A stretch of DNA of 64,000 nt from an uncultured Elusimicrobia bacterium (GCA_964537395.1 CAZIBN010000012.1:633-64632), one strand, 5' to 3'; counted from the first letter of the stretch, positions 20,987 to 32,488 are shown. The notes: generated by a model from the sequence alone, not told the origin. Program-made: numbers and translations.

Positions 20987-22074
20987 TGCTGCGTGCTGAT
21001 CTTTCGCCGGGAGGCGGCGCGGCGCAGGGCCAGGGCGACCAAGGCCTCGACGAGCTTTTTGGTCGGCAGGCCGGACTCGCGCCACAGGCGGGGGTACATG
21101 CTGGCCGGGGTGAAGCCGGGCAAGGTGTTCGGCTCGTTGAAATACACTTTGCCGTTGGTCTTGTGCAGGAAAAAGTCCACGCGCGCGAGGCCGTACAGGT
21201 CGAGCGCCCGAAACGCGGCGAGCGCGACTTCCCGCACGCGCGCCGCGGTTTTTTCCGGGATAGGAGCCGGCACCTGGAAGGTCGCTCCATTGGGATCCAG
21301 ATATTTTGCTTTATAGTCGTAAAACTCGGCGTTCGGCACGATCTCGGCGCAGACCGAGGCCCTCAGCTCGAAGCGGTCGCCCTTCGGTGCCCACGGGTCG
21401 CCCAGCACCGCGGTCTCGATCTCTCGCACGGGGATCCCTTTCTCGACGATAGCTTTATCATCGTATCGTAACGCCTCGCGCATGGCGGCGGCGACGCCGG
21501 ACGGGCCTTTGACCTTCACGACGCCGACGGATGAGCCCATGCGCGCGGGCTTGATGAACACGGGGAATCCGAGCCGGCGCGCGGCGGCCGAAGCCTCTTG
21601 CTCGGTCCGAGCCACGGCCCAAGGCACCTGGGGCAGGCCGGCTGACTCAGCGACGCGCTTGGTCGCCTCCTTATCCATACCCGCGGCGGAGCCCAGGACG
21701 CCGCAGCCGACGTAGGCGACGTCCGTCAGCTCGAGAAGGCCCTGTATCGTGCCGTCCTCGCCCATGGGGCCGTGGAGCACGGGGAAAACGCAGTCATGCT
21801 TGTTGAGAGAGGACAGCAGCTTCCAGGGGTCGGCGCGCTGGGAGCCTTCTCGCAGGCGTGATAATGCCGCTCCCCCGAGGTGAAGGTCTTTGGGCGTCTC
21901 GGCCAGGAGCTTCGCGGGCTTGATCTCTGCCCAGCTGTTGTCGGTTCCGATGTGGATGAGCCGGACATTGAAGTGCGCGGCATCGAGATTCGACACGACG
22001 CATTGGGCCGATACGAGGGAGACCAGCCTTTCGGCGGACCTGCCGCCGCACAGGACCAGAACGGTGGGCTTCAT
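20983..22074 (-). CDS. ddl: D-alanine--D-alanine ligase
   Basis: GGRSAERLVS, FPVLHGPMGEDGTIQG, FIKPARMGSSVG, EFYDYKAKY, GLARVDFF, NEPNTLPGFT. Start ATG 22074. Confidence 0.95.
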   Translation of the reverse strand: MKPTVLVLCGGRSAERLVSLVSAQCVVSNLDAAHFNVRLIHIGTDNSWAEIKPAKLLAETPKDLHLGGAALSRLREGSQRADPWKLLSSLNKHDCVFPVLHGPMGEDGTIQGLLELTDVAYVGCGVLGSAAGMDKEATKRVAESAGLPQVPWAVARTEQEASAAARRLGFPVFIKPARMGSSVGVVKVKGPSGVAAAMREALRYDDKAIVEKGIPVREIETAVLGDPWAPKGDRFELRASVCAEIVPNAEFYDYKAKYLDPNGATFQVPAPIPEKTAARVREVALAAFRALDLYGLARVDFFLHKTNGKVYFNEPNTLPGFTPASMYPRLWRESGLPTKKLVEALVALALRRAASRRKISTQH

Positions 22075-22445
22075 CTCGCGGGAGAAGCCAGCGCCTTGGC
22101 GACCTTGCCGAGCAGGGCCGGGAAGCTCAAGGGCTTCAGGATATAGTCGTCGGCGCCGGCGGCGAAGGCTTCGTCGATCTCCTTCGTCACGCTCGAGCCC
22201 GTGCACATCAGGACCTTGAGGCCCTTCGTCTTCGGATTCTGGCGGATGAGCTGGACGATCTCGATGCCGGTCATGCCGGGCATGTTGCGGTCGACGATGG
22301 CGAGATCGATCGCTTTCTTCCTCAATATCTCGAAGGCCTCGACGCCGTTGGCGGCGAGCTCGAACTCGTGGCCCTGGGCCAGGAGCACTTCCTTGATGAG
22401 GTCCCGGATGGACTCTTCGTCGTCGACGATCAGGACGCGCGCCAT
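22071..22445 (-). CDS. Single-domain response regulator (CheY-like)
   Basis: MARVLIVDD, IVDRNMPGMTG, MCTG, YILKP. Confidence 0.92.
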   Translation of the reverse strand: MARVLIVDDEESIRDLIKEVLLAQGHEFELAANGVEAFEILRKKAIDLAIVDRNMPGMTGIEIVQLIRQNPKTKGLKVLMCTGSSVTKEIDEAFAAGADDYILKPLSFPALLGKVAKALASPAR

Positions 22446-22446
22446 C

Positions 22447-23985
22447 TCAGAGGGAGGGGACGCCGAGGAGCTGGAGCACCTTCGCGACGAAGGCCTTTTT
22501 CTCGAAGGGCTTGAGCATGACCTCGTTGGCACCGGCTTCCTTGGCGCGCGCGAGCGCGTCCGAGTAGCCGGTCAGCACCATCACCGGGGGGCGCTTCTCG
22601 GGAGGCAGGCGCTTGAGGCGCGCGAGCACCTCGAAGCCGTCCATGCCCGGCATCATGACGTCGAGGATGACGAGGCTCGGCAGCTCCTCCTCGATGCGCT
22701 CGAGCGCCTCGAAGCCGGAGTGCGCGGTCGCGATCGACAGGTTGCGGCTGACGCTCGCGAGGAAAAGCATGAGCACCTCGACGAGGTCGGGGTTGTCCTC
22801 GACGATGAGGATGCGCTTCTTGTGCACGGTCTCGGATCCGTCGACGATGGTCTCGGCGGCGTCCTTCTCGGCGACCGGAAGCTCGAGGCGGGCGGTGGTG
22901 CCGCGGCCGGAGCCCTCGCTCTCGATCCAGATGCGGCCGCCGATCGCCTCGACGATCTGCTTCGAGAGCGGGAGGCCGAGGCCGAGGCCCGGGTACTCGC
23001 GCGTCGGGCCCTGGTTCGCGGCGGAAAAAGTGTCGAAGATGTGGGGCAGGACCTCGGGCGGCACGCCCGGGCCGGCGTCGATGACGGACAGGCGCGCCTG
23101 ATCCTTCTCCACGGTGACGACGACCTTCAGCGCGCCTTCCGGCGGGCTGAACTTGCAGGCATTGGAGAGCAGGTTGTCGATCACGTCGCCGAGCTTTTCC
23201 TCGTCGGCCATCACCCAGACTTCGTTCTGCGGATAGCCCGCCGTCAGCTTGAGCTTGCGGCGGCGGATCTCGCGCCCGGCCCGCTCGAGCTGAGCCGCGA
23301 CGAGCCGGCTGAGGTCGACGGGCTTGAGCAGGAGCTGCTTGCGGCCCTCGTTGACGTCGCGGATCCGGAGGATGTTGTTGAGGGTGGTCATGAGGCCTTC
23401 GGCGCGGTCGATGATCGAGCCGAGCGCCTTCTGCTGGGCATCGGAGAGCGGCCCGAGGCTGCCGTCCTTCATCGTGTTCGCGTAGCCGATGACGACCGTC
23501 AAAGGGGTGCGCAGCTCATGCGAGACGTTCGCGATGAACTCGTTCTTCATCTGGTTGACCTGGCGCAGCTCCATGTTCTGGTTGACCAGGTCGCGGATCT
23601 CGATGACTCGTCGCAAAAGCTGCCCCAGGTCCGTTTGACGAAGATCCTTCTGGGTGATGTAGTCCATCGCGCCTTTCTTCATGGCGGAGACGGCCACCTG
23701 CTCATTTCCGGCGGCGGTCGTCATCACGACGGCGGTCTTGGGGTGGTGCTGCCGTATCTTTTCGAGGATATCGAGCCCGTTGGTGGGCGGAAGCAGATAG
23801 TCGAGAAAAACGAGGTCGAAAGGCGTGCCCTTGAGCTTATCGAGGGCTTCGTCGCCGTTGGCGGCGGTGGACACCTTAAGGCTCACCCCAGGGACCTTTT
23901 CCAGCTCGGCGCGAAGGATGGTGCGCGCGTCCGCCTCGTCGTCTACGACCAGGACGGAGAAGGTTGTCTCGGCAGTGGTTGCCAT
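22447..23985 (-). CDS. Hybrid histidine kinase (REC-HisKA-HATPase-REC)
   Basis: N- and C-terminal receivers, SHELRTPL H-box, NLLSNACKF, DAGPG, GLGLGL. Start 23985 is preferred because the ATG at 23994 overlaps a TGcTACAAT -10 box. Confidence 0.92.
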   Translation of the reverse strand: MATTAETTFSVLVVDDEADARTILRAELEKVPGVSLKVSTAANGDEALDKLKGTPFDLVFLDYLLPPTNGLDILEKIRQHHPKTAVVMTTAAGNEQVAVSAMKKGAMDYITQKDLRQTDLGQLLRRVIEIRDLVNQNMELRQVNQMKNEFIANVSHELRTPLTVVIGYANTMKDGSLGPLSDAQQKALGSIIDRAEGLMTTLNNILRIRDVNEGRKQLLLKPVDLSRLVAAQLERAGREIRRRKLKLTAGYPQNEVWVMADEEKLGDVIDNLLSNACKFSPPEGALKVVVTVEKDQARLSVIDAGPGVPPEVLPHIFDTFSAANQGPTREYPGLGLGLPLSKQIVEAIGGRIWIESEGSGRGTTARLELPVAEKDAAETIVDGSETVHKKRILIVEDNPDLVEVLMLFLASVSRNLSIATAHSGFEALERIEEELPSLVILDVMMPGMDGFEVLARLKRLPPEKRPPVMVLTGYSDALARAKEAGANEVMLKPFEKKAFVAKVLQLLGVPSL

Positions 23986-24063
23986 CGCCGGCATTGTAGC
24001 AGACGAATCCCAAGCCGTCCACCCCGCCGACTCGGCGCTGTAACGGGGTGTGAGGCTCGGGAC

Positions 24064-24195
24064 GGCCCGGCGGCGGATTCATGTCCTCCGGGGTCGGCGG
24101 GGATTGACCCCGCCTCCGGGGTCTGTCCGCGACGTATGAAGAACCCTTGTCGCGGCAGACCCAGGCCCCATCGGACATGAATCCGCCGCCGGGCC
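24064..24195 (+). other. Structured repeat element E1 (three-way junction)
   Basis: Perfect 23-bp IR (24064-24086 / 24173-24195) enclosing a 7-bp hairpin with ATTGA loop and a GGGTCTG..CAGACCC hairpin. Imperfect pairing extends to about 24011-24240. Confidence 0.75.
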
Positions 24196-24299
24196 TCGGC
24201 AACCTCACCCCATTTCAGCGCTGGCGCGGTGTCGGGCTTGTGCCCTCGTTATCGCTTGGCGCGGGGGCAGCGGGGCGATAACGGTGACGCGACGGGTTA

Positions 24300-24421
24300 G
24301 GGGCGGGGGTATGGTGTCCGGAGGGGCGTGGGTCGCGCGACCAGAAATGCTCATGCGGTCGCGCAAGACCCGAGCGCGGCTCAATGCCGCGCGTCCCCTC
24401 CGGACACCATACCCCCGCCCC
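24300..24421 (-). other. Structured repeat element E2 (same architecture as E1, opposite strand)
   Basis: Perfect 27-bp IR (24300-24326 / 24395-24421) enclosing a GGGTC..GACCC hairpin and a 7-bp hairpin with loop TCAAT (ATTGA on the minus strand). Confidence 0.75.
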
Positions 24422-24458
24422 TCCCCGCATCGGCGTTCCCCGTTGTCGTCACGCTTCC

Positions 24459-24488
24459 TTGATAAGGCGCCGACCTAAAAGGTAAAAT
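24459..24488 (+). promoter_or_regulatory. Sigma70-type promoter of the hpt-ftsH operon
   Basis: TTGATA, 18 nt, TAAAAT; ATG at 24497, 8 nt downstream. Confidence 0.6.
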
Positions 24489-24496
24489 GCACGTTC

Positions 24497-25042
24497 ATGG
24501 CCACCCAAACCGCGATGCATCCCGCTTTGAGCAGGATTTTGCTCGATGAAGCGACGCTGTCAGCCCGGATCAAGGAACTGGGGGCGCAGATCACGCGCGA
24601 TTACGCCGGCAAGCGTCTGGTGGTGGTGGGAGTTTTGAAGGGCAGCGTCATCTTTTTAGCCGATCTTCTGCGCGCGATCGGCCCTGAGGTGGACGTCGAG
24701 ACCGACTTTGTCGCCGTCTCGTCCTACGCCGGCACGGCCTCGACCGGGGCGATCCGGACCTTGCTCGACCTGCGCCAGAGCCCCGAAGGCAAGGACCTGC
24801 TCCTCATCGAGGACATCGTGGACACCGGCCTGACCTTGACCGCCCTGACCGAGACTTTGCGGGCGCACCGGCCGAAGTCGCTCGAGGTGTGCACCTTGCT
24901 CGACAAGACCGAGTGCCGGAAGGTCCCCTTTACGCCGAAATACGTGGGATTCAAGATCCCGAATGAGTTCGTCGTGGGCTTCGGCCTGGATTATGATGAA
25001 CGCTATCGGCAATTGCCTTGCGTGGGAGTGTTGAAGATCTAA
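24497..25042 (+). CDS. hpt: Hypoxanthine phosphoribosyltransferase
   Basis: VGVLKGSVIF, VSSY, LLIEDIVDTGLT, FVVGFGLDY. Confidence 0.95.
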   Translation: MATQTAMHPALSRILLDEATLSARIKELGAQITRDYAGKRLVVVGVLKGSVIFLADLLRAIGPEVDVETDFVAVSSYAGTASTGAIRTLLDLRQSPEGKDLLLIEDIVDTGLTLTALTETLRAHRPKSLEVCTLLDKTECRKVPFTPKYVGFKIPNEFVVGFGLDYDERYRQLPCVGVLKI

Positions 25043-25044
25043 CG

Positions 25045-26850
<1,806 letters not shown>

Positions 26851-26854
26851 TCGA

Positions 26855-27706
26855 GTGAATCCCGTCATGACCGCCCCGATCGTCTCCGGCGAAATCGCGA
26901 AGCGATTTCAGAAGCCGCTCATCATGGGTGTCGTGAACTGTACCCCGGATTCATTCCACGCGGAGAGCCGCGCAAGCACGAGCGCTCTTGCCGTTGAACG
27001 CGCCTTGAAGCTGGTGGAAGAGGGCGCGGATATATTGGACATCGGCGGGGAATCGACCCGTCCGGGCTCCGATCCCGTTGCCGTGGAGATCGAGCGTGTG
27101 CGCGTGATCCCCGTCATCAGGGCGTTGGCGAAGCAGGTCAAGGTCCAGATCTCGATCGACACGACGAAGGCCGCGATAGCGGCCGAGGCGTTAGATTGCG
27201 GCGCCACGATCGTTAATGATATTTCCGCGCTGCGCGACGACAAGGGCATGCTCGAGGTCGCGCTGCGCGCAGAGCGAGTGATTTTGATGCACATGTTGGG
27301 TTCTTCGCCCAAAACCATGCAGGCCAACCCGACCTACAAGGATTGTTTCTCCGAGGTCTCCTCCTTCCTGCAAGGTCGCCTCCAGTCGTTCATCGCGGCC
27401 GGAGGCCGCGCCGATCGTGTGTGGGTGGACCCGGGAATCGGTTTTGGTAAAAATTTGGCCGACAATTTATCGTTGATCCGCCGCGCCGGCGAGCTCTCCT
27501 CCATCGCCCCCGTTCTGTTAGGCGTCTCCCGCAAATCCATGTTCGGAAAGATCTTGAACGACAACGGATCGGGGGATCGTCTCGCGGCGTCCCTCGCCGT
27601 GGCCGCTTACGCGAGCCTGTCCGGCATATCCGTGCTGCGCGTCCACGACGTTCTTGAGACCCGTCGCGTCACCGAGACCCTGCGCGCCGTCATGGTGCCT
27701 GAATGA
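26855..27706 (+). CDS. folP: Dihydropteroate synthase
   Basis: IMGVVNCTPDSF, DIGGESTRPG, DPGIGFGK, GVSRKS, RVHDV. Confidence 0.96.
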   Translation: MNPVMTAPIVSGEIAKRFQKPLIMGVVNCTPDSFHAESRASTSALAVERALKLVEEGADILDIGGESTRPGSDPVAVEIERVRVIPVIRALAKQVKVQISIDTTKAAIAAEALDCGATIVNDISALRDDKGMLEVALRAERVILMHMLGSSPKTMQANPTYKDCFSEVSSFLQGRLQSFIAAGGRADRVWVDPGIGFGKNLADNLSLIRRAGELSSIAPVLLGVSRKSMFGKILNDNGSGDRLAASLAVAAYASLSGISVLRVHDVLETRRVTETLRAVMVPE

Positions 27707-29082
27707 GCGGACACCTGTTCGGCACCGACGGAGTGCGCGGCATCCCCGGCGAGGGCGCCCTCACGCCCGAAGCCGTGCGTTCCCTCGCTTATCACTCGGC
27801 CCGCGTGCTTCTCGAGCGCCAGGGCGTCAAAGTGAACGGCCACGCCCCGCTCATCGCCGTCGGCCGAGACACTCGCGGCTCCGGGCCGGCCTTGCTTCGC
27901 GCCCTGCTCTCCGGCTTCTCCGCCGCCGGCGTGCGCGTCGTGGATCTTGGCGTCATACCGACTCCGGCGGTCTCATACCTGGCGCCCCGGCTCGGCTGCT
28001 TCGCTGGCGTCGTTCTTTCGGCGAGCCATAACCCGGCGGAATACAACGGCATCAAGTTTTTCGACGGCGCCGGCTTCAAGATGGCCCCGGCGCTCGAGCT
28101 CGAGGTCGAGCGGCGCGTCAACGCCGGCGGCGTCGTGCCGCCGGCCCTGCCTCGTCCCGCGCTGCCCGCCGCCGACCGCGGCGCTCTCTATGCGGATTTT
28201 CTCAAGAGCTCCTTCCCGGCGATGCTGGATCTCGACGGCGTGCGGATCGTCGTGGACTGCGCCAACGGCGCGGCCGCGGCGTTCGCGCCGAAGCTCCTCG
28301 CCGACCTCGGCGCCGAGGTCTTCGCGATCGGCGTGAAGCCCGACGGCCGGAACATCAACGCGGGCTGCGGCGCGACCGACACCGAGGCGATGTGCCGCGA
28401 GGTGAAGCGCCGCCGCGCGCATGTGGGGCTCGCCCTCGACGGCGACGCCGACCGCGCCTTGATCTGCGACGAGCATGGCAAGCTTCTCGACGGCGACGCG
28501 TTGATCGCGGCCGCGGCCGCGCGCCTGCTTAAGCGCGGCGGGCTCAAGGGCGGCAAGGTCGCCGTCACCGTGATGTCGAATTACGGTCTTTTGTCTTATT
28601 TGCGCGGTCTTGGCGTCGAAGCAGTCACGACCCCGGTCGGCGATCGCTACGTGACGGAGGCGATCGAAAAGGAAGGCCTGAGCCTCGGTGGGGAGAACTC
28701 CGGGCACCTCGTGTTCCGCGATTTCGCGCCGACCGGCGACGGCCTTCTGACCGGCCTGCAGACCCTCGCCGCGTGGCGCGAGTCCGGCAAGCCGATGAGC
28801 GCGCTCGGCCGCCTGTATAAGTCCACGCCCCAGACCTTGAAAGCCCTCCATGTGAAGGGCAAGCCGCCGATCGCGATGATGGCGCGCACCACGGCCGAGA
28901 TCGCGGCGGCCTCCAAGCGCCTCTCGGGGCGCGGCCGCGTGTTCGTGCGCTACTCGGGCACCGAGCCGGTGCTGAGGATCTTGGTGGAAGGGCCCGTGGT
29001 CGCGGAAAACCACAAGCTCGCAGATTCGATCGCGAAGATTTATCTGACGGAGACTGGAGCCGGAGAGGAGAAACACCGATGA
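27703..29082 (+). CDS. glmM: Phosphoglucosamine mutase
   Basis: FGTDGVRG, SASHNP, DGDADR, GGENSGH, RYSGTEP. Confidence 0.96.
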   Translation: MSGHLFGTDGVRGIPGEGALTPEAVRSLAYHSARVLLERQGVKVNGHAPLIAVGRDTRGSGPALLRALLSGFSAAGVRVVDLGVIPTPAVSYLAPRLGCFAGVVLSASHNPAEYNGIKFFDGAGFKMAPALELEVERRVNAGGVVPPALPRPALPAADRGALYADFLKSSFPAMLDLDGVRIVVDCANGAAAAFAPKLLADLGAEVFAIGVKPDGRNINAGCGATDTEAMCREVKRRRAHVGLALDGDADRALICDEHGKLLDGDALIAAAAARLLKRGGLKGGKVAVTVMSNYGLLSYLRGLGVEAVTTPVGDRYVTEAIEKEGLSLGGENSGHLVFRDFAPTGDGLLTGLQTLAAWRESGKPMSALGRLYKSTPQTLKALHVKGKPPIAMMARTTAEIAAASKRLSGRGRVFVRYSGTEPVLRILVEGPVVAENHKLADSIAKIYLTETGAGEEKHR

Positions 29083-29804
29083 AGACGGATCATAAGCTGA
29101 AGCTGGGCGTGAACATCGACCACATCGCGACGCTGCGCCAGGCGCGCCTCGATATCGATCCCGACACCGTGCAGGCCGCGCAGGTCGCCCGCCAGTCCGG
29201 CGCCGATCTCATCGTCTGCCACCTCCGCCGCGACCGCCGCCACATGCAGGACGCGGACATCATGAAGCTGTGCCGCCTCAAGGGCGAGACGCACGTCGAG
29301 GTCAGCGACGACGCCAAGATGATCTCCGCGGTGCTCAAGGCCCGCCCGACCTCGGTCTGCCTTGTGCCCGAGCGCCCCGGCGAGGTCTCGACCGAAGGCG
29401 GCCTCGATCTCGTCCGCAACGGCAAGAGCCTCGCGAAGACCGTCGCCCGCCTTAAAAAGGCCGGCGTCGAGGTCAGCCTGTTCGTGGCGCCCGAGGCGCC
29501 CGCCGTCCGCGCCGCGCGCAACATCGGCGCCGACATCATCGAGCTCGACACCAGCGACTACGCGAAGGCGCACAGCAAGCCCAAGCAGAAGCTCGAGCTC
29601 GAGCGCCTCGAGCTCGCCGCGTACATGTCCTGGGAGATGGGCATCGTCGTCCACGCGGGACACGGCCTCGACTACCACAACGTCGCACCCGTCGCGCGCA
29701 TCCCGCACATGTCCGTGCTCAACATCGGCTTCTCGATCATCGCCCGCTCCGTGTTCGTGGGCCTGAAGAGCGCCGTCTCCGAGATGCGCCGGGCCATCGA
29801 CTAA
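29079..29804 (+). CDS. pdxJ: Pyridoxine 5'-phosphate synthase
   Basis: LGVNIDHIATLRQAR, HLRRDRRH, LVPERPGEVSTEGG, HAGHGL. Confidence 0.95.
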   Translation: MKTDHKLKLGVNIDHIATLRQARLDIDPDTVQAAQVARQSGADLIVCHLRRDRRHMQDADIMKLCRLKGETHVEVSDDAKMISAVLKARPTSVCLVPERPGEVSTEGGLDLVRNGKSLAKTVARLKKAGVEVSLFVAPEAPAVRAARNIGADIIELDTSDYAKAHSKPKQKLELERLELAAYMSWEMGIVVHAGHGLDYHNVAPVARIPHMSVLNIGFSIIARSVFVGLKSAVSEMRRAID

Positions 29805-29863
29805 ATGCTACTAGGATTTCCTCTACGGCATTTGTGCCGGGCCCGAAGGGTCCCGGCCTAAGT

Positions 29864-31732
29864 ATGTGCGGCATCGTCGGCTACGTCGGGCCTAAGCAAG
29901 CCGTTCCCCTGCTCATGGAGGGCCTCAAGCGCCTCGAGTACCGGGGCTACGACTCCTCGGGCCTGGCGTCCATCGTGGACGGCGTCATCGAGCGGCGCCG
30001 CGCGCAGGGCAAGCTGACGAACCTTGAGAAGGTCATCGCGGCGAGCCCTCTTGCGGGCGCGACGGCCCTTGGCCACACGCGCTGGGCGACGCACGGCAAG
30101 CCGAGCGAGGCCAACTCGCATCCGCACACCGACCCGACCGGGACCGTCGCGGTCATCCACAACGGCATCATCGAGAACTATCTCGAGCTCAAGGACCGCA
30201 TGGTCGCGGCCGGCGCCAAGTTCGAGAGCGAGACCGACACCGAGGTTCTCGCGCATCTCGTCGCCGAGAAGCTCGCGAAGCTCCAGCCGCCGGGCTCCGC
30301 GCCGAAGGGCGATTTGAACGAGCCGCTGCTGTTCGAGGCCGTGCGCCTCGCTCTCGGGGACGTGCGCGGCGCCTACGCCGTCGCCGTGCTCTGGTCCAAG
30401 GCTCCCGGCGTGATCGTCGCCGCGAAGACCGCCTCGCCGCTGATCATCGGCCTCGGCGACGGGGAGACCTTCCTCGGCTCCGACGTGCCCGCCTTTCTTG
30501 CCTATACGCGCAAGGCCGTGTTCCTCGAGGACGGCGAGATGGCGGTTCTCAAGAAGGACGGAGCGACCTTCTTCAATCTGTCCGGCAAGCGCATCGAGAA
30601 GACTCCGATCAATATCACCTGGGACCGCACGATGGCGGAGAAGTCCGGCTATCGCCACTTCATGCTCAAGGAGATCCACGACCAGCCGATGTCCTGCGAG
30701 GACACGATGCGCGGGCGCCTGTTCCCGCTCAAGGGCGTGCTCGAGCGCGACTGCGGCATGAACGCGGACATACTCAAGAATATCCGTTCCGTCCAGATGA
30801 TCGCCTGCGGCACGGCATATCACTCCTGCCTCGTCGGCCAATATTGGTTCGAGACCTTGATCGGCGTTCCGACGCGCGTCGAAACCGCTTCCGAGTTCCG
30901 CTACCGCGAGACGACGGTCGGGCCTGAAGACCTCGTCATCGCCGTCTCCCAGTCCGGCGAGACCGCCGATACCTTGGCCGCCGTTAAGATCGCGAAAGAA
31001 AGGGGCGCGAAGGTCCTCGCGATCTGCAACACGGTCGGCTCGGCGCTCACGCGCGCGGCCGATTGGACCTTGTACACGCATTGCGGCCCCGAGCTCGGCG
31101 TCGCGTCCACGAAGGCCTTCATCGGCCAGCTCACTTCGCTCGCCGTCGTGACGCTTCATGCCGCCATCGGCCGCGGCACGATGACCGAGGCACAGGGCCG
31201 CGCCTTCGTCGAAGACCTCGTCAAGGTTCCGGGCTGGATCCGCGCCGCGATCAAGCTCGACGCGCAGATACTTGCCGTTGCGAAGAAGTTCGCCAAGTCC
31301 GAGCATTTTCTTTTTATCGGCCGTTATGTGAATTACCCCATCGCCCTCGAAGCCGCGCTGAAGCTGAAAGAAATATCGTACATCCACGCCGAAGGCTACC
31401 CCGCCGGCGAGCTCAAGCACGGCCCGATCGCGCTGATCGACACCGAGATGCCCGTCGTCGTGATCGCGACCCAGTCGCGCGTGCTCGAGAAGACCATGTC
31501 GTCTCTCGAGGAAGTGAAGGCTCGCGGCGCACGGCTGATCGTGCTCGCCACCGAGGGCGTCGGGGATTTCAAGGACTGCGAGGCCGTCCTGCGCCTGCCG
31601 CCGGTCCCCGAGATCCTGTCGCCGATCGTGAACATCATCCCGCTCCAGCTGCTGGCGTACCATGTGGCGGACCTTCGAGGTTGCGATGTCGATCAACCCC
31701 GCAATCTGGCGAAAAGCGTCACGGTTGAGTAG
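29864..31732 (+). CDS. glmS: Glutamine--fructose-6-phosphate aminotransferase
   Basis: MCGIVGY start at 29864, LEYRGYDS, HTRWATHG, SQSGETAD, QPRNLAKSVTVE. Confidence 0.98.
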   Translation: MCGIVGYVGPKQAVPLLMEGLKRLEYRGYDSSGLASIVDGVIERRRAQGKLTNLEKVIAASPLAGATALGHTRWATHGKPSEANSHPHTDPTGTVAVIHNGIIENYLELKDRMVAAGAKFESETDTEVLAHLVAEKLAKLQPPGSAPKGDLNEPLLFEAVRLALGDVRGAYAVAVLWSKAPGVIVAAKTASPLIIGLGDGETFLGSDVPAFLAYTRKAVFLEDGEMAVLKKDGATFFNLSGKRIEKTPINITWDRTMAEKSGYRHFMLKEIHDQPMSCEDTMRGRLFPLKGVLERDCGMNADILKNIRSVQMIACGTAYHSCLVGQYWFETLIGVPTRVETASEFRYRETTVGPEDLVIAVSQSGETADTLAAVKIAKERGAKVLAICNTVGSALTRAADWTLYTHCGPELGVASTKAFIGQLTSLAVVTLHAAIGRGTMTEAQGRAFVEDLVKVPGWIRAAIKLDAQILAVAKKFAKSEHFLFIGRYVNYPIALEAALKLKEISYIHAEGYPAGELKHGPIALIDTEMPVVVIATQSRVLEKTMSSLEEVKARGARLIVLATEGVGDFKDCEAVLRLPPVPEILSPIVNIIPLQLLAYHVADLRGCDVDQPRNLAKSVTVE

Positions 31733-32153
31733 CCCGCGCCTGCTCTGGCGCGTGCTGCCCCGTCCGGCGAAGGCGGCCCTCGTGGGGCCCGCGTTCATCG
31801 TCTTCCTGCTCGCGGGCGCGCAGATCCCATGGGCGACGGCTTTTCAGGGCTTCCAGCAGCGCCGCGCCGAGCGCGCGAGCCTGGCGCCGCTGTTCGAGGA
31901 GGCGGAGCGTTTGGACCTCACCTTCCCGCAGGTCGTCGTCGCCCATCCGGCGTATGTCGGCAAGCCCGTGTACTGGGCGGTCCAGTCGGGCTCCACGAGC
32001 GCCCGGATCGAGGAGCATCCGGCGTGGCTGGTGGTCTGGACCAATCCGGAGCGCGTTAATGACGATCAAGTCTACGGCACCACCAAGGTCCTGGCACGCG
32101 TGGCCGCGGTCAACGGCGACGCCGTGTATCTCGACTATCTCGGGAGGCCCTGA
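31725..32153 (+). CDS. Hypothetical membrane-anchored protein
   Basis: ORF fills the gap between glmS and acpS with overlapping start and stop. One TM segment (AFIVFLLAGA). TTG start at 31725 is inferred. Confidence 0.6.
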   Translation: MSSPRLLWRVLPRPAKAALVGPAFIVFLLAGAQIPWATAFQGFQQRRAERASLAPLFEEAERLDLTFPQVVVAHPAYVGKPVYWAVQSGSTSARIEEHPAWLVVWTNPERVNDDQVYGTTKVLARVAAVNGDAVYLDYLGRP

Positions 32154-32488
32154 TGGAACTTGGAGTCGATCTCGTCGAAATCGCGCGGATCAAGTCGCTG
32201 GCGCGCCGCAATCCCAAGTTCCTTCCGCGCGTGTTCTCCAGCCAGGAGATCGCCTACTGCCGGAGCAAGAAGAACCCCTGGCCCCACTTCGCCGTGCGTT
32301 TCGCCGCCAAAGAGGCCGTCTATAAAGCTCTGGGCAAGGCCGAGGTCCCGCTGACCGCGATCTCGGTCAAGCGCGGCAAGGACGGGCGCCCCTCGGTGAA
32401 GATCAACGGCAAGCCGGTGCGCGGCCTGAAGCTCTCCCTCTCCCACGGCCGCGACCACGCCGTCGCCTTCGCCGTCCTCTCGCGTTGA
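32153..32488 (+). CDS. acpS: Holo-[acyl-carrier-protein] synthase
   Basis: LGVDLVEI, RFAAKEA, LSLSH. Confidence 0.95.
   Translation: MELGVDLVEIARIKSLARRNPKFLPRVFSSQEIAYCRSKKNPWPHFAVRFAAKEAVYKALGKAEVPLTAISVKRGKDGRPSVKINGKPVRGLKLSLSHGRDHAVAFAVLSR

Noticed and set aside
24011-24240. E1 as 6S RNA, SRP RNA or integron attC
   Set aside because: It is branched rather than a rod with a central bubble, lacks the SRP GGAA/AGCA domain IV motif, and has no properly paired RYYYAAC/GTTRRRY ends. No integrase is nearby.
23876-24478. Short ORFs predicted in the 24.0-24.5 kb intergenic region
   Set aside because: They are low-complexity R/P/G translations arising from GC-rich palindromes, with no start signals or motifs.
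29805-29863. glmS ribozyme
   Set aside because: Only about 60 nt are available, and the conserved AGCGCC...GACGAGG core is absent.
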